Shown here: positions 16,901-28,900 of the stretch, in pieces
How positions within the stretch are numbered: the first letter of the stretch is position 1
Layout of the letters: the number at the start of each line of letters is the position of its first letter
NCBI RefSeq assembly: GCF_000020025.1
Contig: NC_010628.1
Location: 3,750,001-3,782,000 of the forward strand
Source of the DNA: Nostoc punctiforme PCC 73102
Lineage (GTDB): Bacteria > Cyanobacteriota > Cyanobacteriia > Cyanobacteriales > Nostocaceae
DNA: 32,000 nt
Reading direction: 5' to 3'
Position numbers and translations under genes: made by a program
The notes under the pieces: model-generated
What the model was told of the DNA's origin: nothing
Seen by the model: only the letters and a program-made list of their open reading frames with translations
Databases searched by the model: none

Positions 16901-19900
16901 TTGGGGATACTCCGGGTCAATCGGTACATAAGCACCACCCGCTTTCAGAATCCCTAATAATCCTACTAGCATTTCTAAAGAACGTTCGACACACAGACCA
17001 ACTAACACATCAACTCTTATACCTAGAGTCCTTAAATAATGGGCTAAGTGGTTCGCTTGTTGATTTAGTTCTCGGTAAGTGAGTTGTTGATTTTCAAACA
17101 CCAATGCCACTGCATCGGGGGTGCGTTCCACCTGCATTTCAAAAAACTGATGAATGCAGATATTTCCAAGATAGTCTTTTTGAGTGTGGTTCCATTCTTC
17201 TAGCAGCTGGTATTGTTCTTTAGCTGTGAGGAGAGGTAATTCGCCAATGCGTTGCTCTGGTTGAATAACAACACTCTCTAGCAGGGTTTGGAAATGTCCC
17301 GTCATCCTTTCAATGGTGCTGGCTTCAAACAAGTCTGTGTTGTATTCCCATACACCCATTAATCCTGTGGCAGTGTTCTCTAGGGTTAAAGTTAAATCAA
17401 ACTTTGCTGTTTTATTGTCTGGTGTCATAGAACTCAAGGTTAAACCAGGAAGCTCTATTTCTGACATTGGGGCATTCTGAAGGACAAATGCTACCTGGAA
17501 CAGAGGTGTATAACTTAAGTTGCGCTCCGGTTGTAATGTCTCTACCAGTAATTCAAACGGCAAGTCTTGATGGCTGTATGCTCCTAAAGCAACTTCTCGG
17601 ACTCGGTTTAGTAATTCCCGAAAACTGGGATTACCTGCAACATCTGTGCGGAAAACTAAAGTGTTGACAAAAAAACCAATTAATCCTTCTATTTCATTAT
17701 GATTCCGGTTGGCGATCGCAGAACCGACTAAAATATCTGTCTGTCCTGTGTAGCGGTAAAGCAAGGTATCGTAAGCTGCCAATAGCATCATAAACAGGGT
17801 GACACCTTCTTGCCGACTCAATAAGATCAGTGATCCTGTTAGCTCAAAAGAAAGTACGAAAGATTGATTTGCCCCTCGAAAGGTTTGTACCGCCGGCCTA
17901 GGTCGGTCAGTGGGTAGTTCTAATAAAGCTGTTGCCCCCGCCAGATGTTGTTGCCAATAAGCAAGTTGGGACTCTTTAATCTCACCTTGCAATAATTGTC
18001 TCTGCCACACGGCAAAGTCAACGTACTGGATGGCAAGTTCTGGCAGTGGTGTGGGCTGACCTTGAGAAAAAGCGCCATAGATTGCTGCTGTCTCTTGGAC
18101 AAAAACACCCATTGACCAACCATCAGAGACAATATGGTGCATACAGAACAGTAATATATGTTCTGTCTTTGATAGCACTAATAAAGTCGCCCGGATTAAA
18201 AGTTGATTTGCTAGGTCAAATGCTTGCTGTGCTTCTACTGTTGCTAATCGTTGAATTTCAATTTCTTGCTCACTTGCTGATAGTTGTCGCAAATCTACAA
18301 CTGGCATTGTGAAAGCAGCATCAGGGCGAATAATTTGTACTGCTTGCCCATCTTCTTGGGTAATAAAGTTGGTACGTAAACTTTCGTGGCGACGGATGAT
18401 TTCGCCGAGGCTTTGTTCTAAAGCAATTACATTTAGCTCACCTTGTAAACGTGCGGTTCCCGCTATGTTATAAAGCGCACTATTTGGCTCTAACTGGTTG
18501 AGGAACCATAATCGTTGTTGAGCAAAAGAAAGTGATAGTTGTCCATCCCTAACTACTGATTGTAGAGATGGTGCATTTAAATGTGGTGCGTCTTGCTGTA
18601 AAGCAATCCGTTCAGCTAAATCGGCGACAGTGGAAGCTTCAAATAAACTACGCAAAGGTAATTCTACTTTTAAGGCAGTCCGTATTCTAGAGATAAGTTG
18701 CGTTGCGATTAAAGAGTGTCCACCTAGCTCAAAGAAGTTATCGTGAATACCTACTTGTTTAACTCCCAGAACATCTACCCAAATTTGCGCCAATATCTCT
18801 TCAATGGGATTTCGTGGGGCGATAAAACTGGCTTCTAGTCCAGCACGTGATATTTCTGGAGCTGGTAGTTCTCGATAGTTAACTTTGCCGTTGGGAGTAA
18901 GTGGTATTGTTTGCAGAACCATGAAAGCTGCAGGTATCATGTACTCAGGCAACTTTTCTTTCAAGAAACGACGCAAATCACTAATTACGGGTACTGACTC
19001 TTGATTGCCAACAACATAAGCAATTAAGCGTTTATCACCAGGAATGTCTTCACGAGCCATCGCTACTGTCTGTGACACAGTAGGATACTGTCTAAGGACA
19101 GCTTCTATCTCTGCCAACTCGATGCGGAAGCCCCGGATTTTAACTTGATTATCAATCCGTCCCAGAAATTCGATGTTGCCATCTGCTAAAAACCGTGCCA
19201 AGTCTCCAGTTTTATAAAGGCGCGAGGTAGGTTCATTACTCAAAGGATTAGCAATAAATCTCTCTTGTGTCAAATCTGGGCGGTTAAGATAGCCATGAGC
19301 CAGACCAGCACCACCGATGTATAATTCCCCAAGTACACCAATGGGTACTGGTTGAAGATCGGAATCAAGGATGTAGATTTGAACGTTGGGAAATGGTTTA
19401 CCAATGGGTACTAGGGCTTCAACTGGCAGTTTGACATTGGTGCTTTCAAAATAGCAACTATCAATGGTGGCTTCACTTACCCCATAGGAATTAATCAATC
19501 GCGTTTCCAGACCACAAAAGCGCTGAAATTCTTCATACTCCTTCACATACCAGCTATCGGAACCAACAGCTAGCACTCGCATAAAGTCAAGATTTTGCTT
19601 TGTTTTCTCAAGATATGCAATTAAGTTTCTGATTACAGCTGGCACAAACTCGGCACAATCAACTTTCTCTTCTTGCATCAGCTTATAGAGAAGTTCTGGA
19701 GTCAGAAGCCATTCACGGGGGCAAAGAACTAACTTAGCTCCTGAACACAGCCCGCGCACCAAATCCCCAGTAAATACATCAAAAGAGAAATTTGCCATTT
19801 GTAAATGACTACTGGTTTTTGTTCGCAGTTCATAAGCTTGTTCCCAACCGAAATAAGCATTTACCAAACTGCGATGGGGAACCATTACCCCTTTTGGTCT

Positions 19901-22900
19901 GCCGGTAGAACCTGATGTGTAAATTACATAGGCTAAATTTTCCGGTTTCACCTCACTAGCTAGATTCTGCTGACTCTTAGTAGCAATTACATCCCAATCT
20001 GCATCCAAGTAGACTAATTGGGCGCTATGTCTTGGTATCTGGGTTACTAACTTTTTAGCAGTTAGCAATATGGATACTTGAGAATCGCTGAACATATAGT
20101 CTAAACGCTCTTGAGGATAATCAGGGTCAAGGGGTACATAAGCTGCTCCCGTCTTTAAAATCCCCAAAATACCCACGAATATATCTAAAGAACGTTCTAG
20201 ACAAATGCCAATTAGGGTATCTGGTTTTATTTCTAGTTCTTGTAAGTAGTGGGCTAATTGATTGGCGCGGCTGTTTAACTCTTGGTAAGTAAGTCGTTGA
20301 TTACCAAATACTACTGCTACTGCATTTGGGGTTAGCTCTACCTGCTCTTCAAATAACTGATGAATACACTTGTGAGGATATTCTCTTTGAGTATTGTTCC
20401 ATTCCACCAATAATTGTTGGCGTTCCCATGCTGCGAGTAATGGTAATTCTGCAATGCGCTGTTCAGGGTTAGCTACCATTCCTTCCAGCAAATTTCGGAA
20501 ATGCTCTGCCATTCTGGTAATAGTAGCAGCCTCAAACAGGTCGGTGTTATATTCCCATTCACCCACCAATCCTTGAGCAGTATTCTCTAAAGTTAAAGTT
20601 AAATCCAACTTAGAAGTGTAATTTTCTACTGTCATGCTGCTCCAAGTTACACCGGGTAGCTGCATTTCTGATATTGGGGTAGCACTATCAAGAATGAACA
20701 TCACCTGAAATAGTGGTGTGTAGCTTAAGTCCCGTACTGGCTGTAATGCTTCAATCAACTCCTCTACAGGCACATCTTGATGGGCGTAAGCTCCCAAGGC
20801 TGTTTTGCGGACTTGTTTGAGAAATTCCCGTAAACTTGGATTACCTGACATATCTGCACGTAGCAGAAGAATGTTGAGAAAGTAGCCAATTAATCCTTGG
20901 ATTTCAGGGCGATTGCGACTAGCGTTTGGCGAACCGACTAAAATATCCGCCTGTCCTGTATAGCGGTAAAGCAGTATATTATAAGCTGCTAACACTGTCA
21001 TAAATAAGGTAACACCTTCTTTTTTACTCAGTGCTTTGAGCGCTTCTGTTAGCTCAAAAGAAAGTGCAAAGGGTTGGTGCGCTCCCCGGACAGTTTGCAT
21101 TGTTGGTCGTGGTCTATCTGTCGGCAGTGATAATATTGTGGCTGCACCTGAGAGTTGTTTTTTCCAGTAAGTAAGTTGAGACTGAAGAACTGTACCTTGT
21201 AACCATTTTCTTTGCCACACAGCAAAGTCAACATATTGAATGGGGAGTTCTACTAAGGGCGTAGGTTGACCTTGACTGAAAGCGGTGTAAAGTGCAGTGA
21301 ACTCTTCTATCAGTATGCTCATTGACCAGCCATCAGAGACAATGTGGTGCATTGTTACTTGTAAGATGTACTCTGTCTGGGACAGTACTAATAAAGTAGC
21401 TCGCACTAATGATTCTGTTTCGAGGTTAAATGGTCGCTGCGCTTCGGCGATCGCTATTTTTTGACTTTCATTTTCTCGTTTACTGACTGGTAAATGTTGC
21501 AAATCCACTACTGATATTTGCCAATTCAAATTAGGATGGATAACTTGATGTGGTTGCCCATCTAAGGTAATGAAATTGGTACGTAAGGCTTCATGACGGC
21601 GAATGATTTCTCTAAAACTTTGTTCTAAAATTGCGACATTTAGCTGACCTTGTAACCGTACCGCCGCCGGAATGTTGTAAAAAGCGCTGTTTGGCTCTAA
21701 CTGATCGAGAAACCACAATCGTTGTTGAGCTAAGGACAGAGGTAATTTACCTTCTCTAGCGATTGCTTCCAAGACTGGTACTGATTCTGTAACGACTGGC
21801 TTTGTCAAGACACCATTTTGAGTTGTTTTAACTGTGCCATTACCATTACTACCTGCTGATAGTTTAGGCGATCGCTTGGGGATAAAACCGACTGCACGCA
21901 TCTCTTCTATGCTGTGCTTGACAGCCTGAATCACATACTCAATATCTTCATCAGTATGTGCTGTAGAAAGAAAACAGTTACGTCCTTCCCAAATATAAAC
22001 ACCCTTATATATCAGGTGATAGAACAGTAAATCAAAATTCCCCGAAAAAGCAAAACGAAACAGCGAGCCAAAATACACAATTTTGATGGGCACTTCTTCC
22101 TGTTCAAAGTATGTATTAAGTGCGATCGCTAAATCCGATGTCCGTTGATTTAAATGCTGTTGCAGCGCTGGCCCTTGGCTTTTAAGATACTTGAGTACAG
22201 CCCTAGCTACAGCCATCCCCAAATGGTTTTTGTTGAAAGTGCCAGCAAAAAATGTCTTTTCTACTTGAGGATAAGAAGCGTCCCCATAGTTCCACAAACC
22301 ACCGTCAATCCCATTCATGTAACTGGCTTTACCAGCTACCACACCAATTGGTATGCTACCACCAACAATCTTGCCGTATGTAACAATGTCTGCTTCAATC
22401 CCAAACCATGCTTGCGCCCCACCTAGATGAATGCGGAAACCCACAAGCACTTCATCAAAAATCAGTGCTACACCTGCTACGGCTGTAAACTGTCGTAACT
22501 GTTGTAAAAATTCTCGCGGTTGTAAATCAGGGTTACGTCCTTGCACTGGTTCAACCAATACAGCAGCTAATTCAGCAGCATGAGCTTGCAAAATCTCTAA
22601 AGATTTGGGTTCTCCATAATCTAACACCAGCACATCTTCAACCGCATTAGCAGTGATTCCGGGTGCAATGGGTACTGTTGATAATCCATCTAACGATTCT
22701 TTAGCCAAAATTCCATCAAAATGACCATGATAAGAACCAGCAAAAATCGCAATCTTGCTACGGCCTGTTTTTGTACGCGCCAAACGTAGCGCTGTCATCA
22801 CTGCCTCTGTACCTGAGTTACAGAAGGTGACTCGCTCCATACCCGTCAGTTCACTGATTAACGCGGCAACTTCCCCGGCGTAATTTGCCTGTGGGCCAAT

Positions 22901-25900
22901 TTGAATGCCTTGCTGAAGATGTTCATCTACCGCTGCGGTAATAAACGGTGCTGCATGACCAAAAAGCAGGACTCCAAATCCCATTGTGATATCTACATAT
23001 TCATTCCCATCTATGTCCCAACATCTCGCACCCTTGGCGCGTTCACCAATAATCGGGTATACCATTTCTTTGGTAGAAGGGCGAAATCCGGCGACAGCAC
23101 GACTATCAGCTAAAAATGAGCGATAAGTTTGTGCATACTGCTTTGATGATTGTGTTTTTTGAGTATAATTTGAAATCAGTGTTTTTAAGTGCTGCTGCTG
23201 TGGCTGATTGATTTCTCTTGGTGGTGGCGGTTCTATGGGAGAGAAATTTTTAGTAACGGTTTGATTAGATTGAACCTGATTGATAGCAATGCCTGTTTCT
23301 TTTACAACCTGATTTTGTGGTGTTGGTGGAGATGATGCTAGATGAGAATTACCATTCGATGACAGCACATTCCCTGTGGCACGCAAAACATCTAATTGCT
23401 GAGACATCACCTGAGACATCACTTGCAGTTGTTGCAGCATTATTCTTTCTACTGCTGTTTCACCTGCTGTTTGCTGAACAGTAGATTTTAATGTTGGTTG
23501 TTGAGTATGAGAATGACCATTACCATTGGACTCAACAAATGCCAAAGGAGGACTCTGTGGTGTTGGCGGTTGAGTTTGATATACAGGTTCAGGTAGTTGT
23601 ACATCGACAAAAATTGGCTCTGGAAGCAAATTCTGATCGATGTAGGACGCTACTGCATAGATAGTTGTCAATTGTTCAAACAATTGACTGATGGTAATCT
23701 TAATGCGATATGTGATGTCTATGTAATTTATGGCATCGATTAACATTAAGGAATCCGCTCCTATCTCTAAAAAAGGAGCATAAAAATCCACTTCCGAAGG
23801 TTCCGCTTTCAGTAAATTTACTATATAAGAATGTAATTTTGAAACAATCAGATCCAGCCTTTTGATTTGAGGAGTTGTATCAACTTTGGGCTGTAATGCC
23901 TTTAATGGTGGAGCTATTTCTGTATCAAATTGGCTAGTGCTTAATTGGGATGGCAGAGATTTTTGTGTGTCAAATTTATTATCTGATGTACTTACTGGTG
24001 CGTCAATCCAATAACGTTTACGCTGAAACGGGTAAGTTGGCAATTGCACACGACGACGGAAATAATCACGGTCAAAACCAGACCATTCTACCTGTACCCC
24101 ATGTACATATAGCTCTCCTAAACTTTCGAGTATTTGTTGCCAATCTTCGCGCCCTTGACGTAAACTAGCTAACCAAAGACCTTTACCTAGAAGGCATTTA
24201 CTCCCCATTCCCAATAAAATTGGTTTTGGGCCAATTTCCACAAAAATCTCATAATCTGCGGTGTGAAGCGTCTGTATACTCTTAGCAAACTGTACTGACG
24301 ATATTAAATGATCACACCAATATTCAGGATTAATCGCCTCACCGATCAGTTGTCCGGTAACGTTAGAGATGATATCAATTTGAGGAGCATTATAAGTCAC
24401 AGTGGCAGCAACTTGCCGGAATTCTGCCAGTATTGGCTCCATAAGTGGAGAGTGGAAACCGTAGGAGGTTACAAGCTTTTTCGTTTGAATTCCTGCGGCT
24501 TTTAAATTTGCACAGATTCGCTCAATTGCCTCCCGCTCTCCAGAAATCACAGTATTTTGTGGGCCGTTATAGGCTGCAATGCCTACAGATGGTTTCTCTT
24601 CGAGACGCGGCGCGAATGCCACTTCTGCCAGATCAATTTCTGTAATAGCCCAAATATCTGCCTCGCAAGCAAATACTGCCACCATCGCTCCTGTTTGTGG
24701 TAGGCTTTGCATCAAACGCGATCGCTCCGCAATCAGCTTCAATCCATCCTCTAGGCTGAAAACCCCTGCCACACAAGCGGCAACATATTCCCCAACACTA
24801 TGACCCATCACTACAGATGGTTCTACACCCCAGGATTTCCAAAGCTGTACCAAGGCATACTCTAGAGCGAATAGAGCAGGTTGGGCGTAAGCTGTCTGGT
24901 CTATGAGCGAGGTTTCTCCTGGTTGGGGATAGATAACTTTTAGCAGATCCTCTTTTAAGTAAGGACGCAAAATTTCATTGCAGTAGTCCAGAATTTTTCG
25001 GAAGGTAGGTTGCGTTTCGTAGAGTTGGCTTCCCATACCTACATATTGAGAACACTGCCCTGTAAACAAAAAGGCAATTTTTGGTGGCGTATTTTCGTGT
25101 ATTCGCCCGATTTTGATTCCTGTAACTTCTTGCTGACTAATAAAGTTAAGTAGCCGTTGATGCAGGTCAGATGTTGACGTAGCGATCGCACTTAACCGAT
25201 GCTGAAAATGTGAGCGTCCTGTATTCGCTGTAAAGCAGATATCTCCTAAAGGTAAATCTAAATTAGCGGCTAGATAAGTTTCATAACGACTTACTAACTG
25301 CACCAGAGCATTTTCTGTTTTCGCTGAGAAGGTGAGTAGATGTTTGGGACGCTCGATTTCTGGTATTACAGGTTCTAATGGTGGTGCTTCTTCAATCACA
25401 ATATGAGCGTTAGTGCCACCAATACCAAAAGAGCTAATTCCGGCTCTCCGCAAGCCTGATGATTCCCAAGAACATAACTTGGTATTGACTTGAAATGGTG
25501 TTTCTGCAAATGGAATCAGTGGATTAGGCTGCTGGAAATGCAAATTTGCAGGTATTTGACGGTGTTGAATAGCTAAAATAACTTTCAGGAGTTGGGCCAT
25601 GCCCGCAGCACATTCTAAATGCCCAATATTAGTTTTAACAGAGCCAATTTTACAAAACTGCTTGCGTTCTGTGTATTTGCGGAAAGCTTTCGTTAATCCC
25701 TCAACTTCAATTGGATCTCCCAAAGAAGTACCAGTTCCATGCGCCTCGACATAAGAAATCGTATCTGCGGAGATCCCTGCTGCATCCAAAGCCTGACAAA
25801 TTACCTCAGCATGAGAACGCGAATTCGGTGCTGTGATCCCATTAGTCCGACCATCATGATTGACAGCTGATCCTTTAATTACTGCATAAATGCGATCGCC

Positions 25901-28900
25901 ATCTTTTAAAGCCTGACTCAGAGGTTTTAACAATAATGCTCCCGCTCCTTCACCTAAGACGATACCATCAGCTTGGCTGTCAAAGGTTGCACAGCGTCCA
26001 TTTGGTGAGTGCATTTTCATCCGGCTCATGCCCACATAATATTCTGGAGACAAGAGCAGATTAACCCCTCCGGCTAAAGCTGTCGTACATTCACCTTGCT
26101 GTAGACTGCGACACGCCATGTGCAACGCTACCAGAGAGGAGGAACACATTGTATCAATTAAAACTGAAGGTCCACGAAGATTTAGTAAGAAAGAAACACG
26201 GTTAGCAATGATGGCATTCTGATTACCAATTCCGGCACTATAATCTGATGTATTCAGAGCAGGTGCAATGCGTTGGTAATAGCCATTATTACTACAGCCG
26301 ACAAAAACCCCCACCTGACTCTGAGCAAAGCTTTCCGGTGAGTAGCCAGCGTTTTCCAAAGCTTCCCAAGCTACTTCCAAGAATAGCCGTTGTTGCGGGT
26401 CCATTAACTCGGCTTCCCGTGGGGAGATTTGGAAGAAGAGAGGATCAAATTGATCGATATGATCGATAAATCCACCCCAACAGGAATAAGTTTTGTTAGC
26501 TGCACCAGGATTTTTGTCATACCAATCTGACAAATTCCAGCGCAAGCTAGGTACTTGAGCGATCGCATTTTTGCCTTGAGATAAGAGTTCCCAAAATGAC
26601 TGCAAATCTGGGGATTGCGGAAAGCGTCCAGACATCCCAATTACCGCAATATCTTCGGCACGGATGCGATCGTTAATTGGCTCAACTACTTTTGTGCTTG
26701 CAGGGTTAAATAACTTGTTAGATAAAACTACCGCTTTTTGTCGTTCTAAGTTAACAGCCCATAATTTAGCAGGTTCCCAGTTAACTAAGAGATATTTCTG
26801 TAACTGAGTTTTTTGCTCTTGAATCAGATATAAGGCAAATTCGGTTGGTGTAGGATATTCAAACAGTAGGGTGGGAGAGATAGAAAAGCCGAATTTTTCC
26901 CCTAAAGTTTCCATAATCTCTACAGCTTTAAGAGAATCTATACCAAAACTGTAAAAGCTTTTATCGAGGGAAATTTGGCTCGATTTTTTTCCTAAAGAGT
27001 TAGCAATTTGTTGGACTATGACTTCACCGATCCATTGTAGTAAAGAACCTTGGGGAACTTGCACCTCCTCATTTTGTCTAGAGGGTATTTTTAAACTAGT
27101 CTCAATGCTAAACGCTGGTAAAGAGTTATTGATAATTGCATTATTGGTTTGCTTAAGCACATCTGTTTTTGGTTGATTATAGCTTTCAATAGTTTCTTTG
27201 ATGCTGGGTTCATCTACACCGTTAACTAGTTGTCTGAGATTGTTTAAAGAGTCAAGACTGGCTAGAACTGTATTACCATCAATACCAAAGTCAATGAGAC
27301 AAGCAATTTCATCAACACCAATCTCATGCAAGCGCTGAACCATTTCTAAACAAGTGCTGGGTGTTCCAAATAAGGCACTTGTGTGGAAATATCTCTCAAA
27401 TGCATAAGCTAAGAGGTTCGCTTTTTCAGTTTCGGTCAACTTATCAAGATCGTCAGAACCGTGTCTCCACAAGTTCACAGAGCTTTTCATGTATTCTATA
27501 AAAGGTTCACGAACCTGATTGCGAACAACCTTAATGTCTTCACCAATAAAGGTATGCAACATCAGAGTTACTTGACCACTATCGGGATCGTAACCATGTT
27601 GCTTTCGAGTCTCTCGATAAAGGGCTATTTTTTGGGCTAATTCTTCAACAGGTTGAAAAAGAAGTGCCGTCAGGATGTTAAATCCAGATGCTCCAGCCTC
27701 AATAAATCTTTCTTTACCTCCAGTACAGGTGATCCATATAGACAATTCACGCTGCATAGGTAGGGGATAGACTTTAATATCTGTTTGTTTTCCAACACCA
27801 TTAGGAAGGGAAATATTTTCTCCGCGCCATAGTTTTTGTACAGTTTGGATACCTGAGAACATAACTTCTTTACTATCTGCATGGGTATCGGGCGATAGTA
27901 CAAAGTCGTTGGGGTTCCAACCTCTAGCAAAAGCTAAGTCTACTCTGCCATGAGATAAGTTATCAACAACAGACCATTCTTCAACGACTCGAATCGGGTT
28001 GTGCAATGGTAAGACAACACTACCAGCACGTAAGCGGATGCGCTTAGTTAAGGAGGTCAGGGCGGCACTTAAAACAGATGGATTGGGATATAGACCACCA
28101 AAGGCGTGAAAATGACGTTCTGGTGTCCAGACAGCAGTAAATCCATTGCGATCGGCAAACTTAGCCCCTTCAAGGAAAAGTTTATATTTTTCATCGCTAA
28201 ATTCAGCCTCGTTGCTAGAGAAATACAACAAGCTGAATTGCATCTTTTTGCTTTCTTTGGGATTTTGGAGTTGAGGCTCTATGACCACATCCACAGTATT
28301 TAAAGCATTTAAAGTTCCAGCTAAAAATCCCGCGCGACAAGCATGGCGCTGAATTTTACCACTAGAAGTTTTAGGAATACTTCCGGTTTTCAGCAACAAA
28401 ACTGCATAAACCTGTAGCTCATGGATTTGAGAGACTGATGTCTTGATAGCTTCAACTACCTCATCTAGGTTGAGATGCCGTAAATAAGTTCGTTCTACTT
28501 CCTGAACAATTACCAATTGTTCTTCGCCATCAATGTCAACACTAAAAGCTGCACCGGAACCTGCTTTTAGTGCCTGATGGCTTTGTTCTACTGTCAGTTC
28601 AATATCTTGAGGATAATGGTTGCATCCTCGAATAATCACAACATCCTTGAGTCGTCCAGTGATAAACAACTGACCATCTTTTAAAAATCCTAAATCTCCT
28701 GTGCGTAAGAAAGGCCCTTCCGCCGTATCTGCTAAATAGGCATGAAAAGTTTCCTTTGTTTGCTCTGGTCGATTCCAGTAACCCTTGGCGATACTTGATC
28801 CCGATACCCAAATCTCTCCTACTTGTTCGGGAGCGCACAAAGTTAACGATTGAGGATTGGCGATCGCAATTTTTGTATCGAGCCACGCATAGCCACACCC

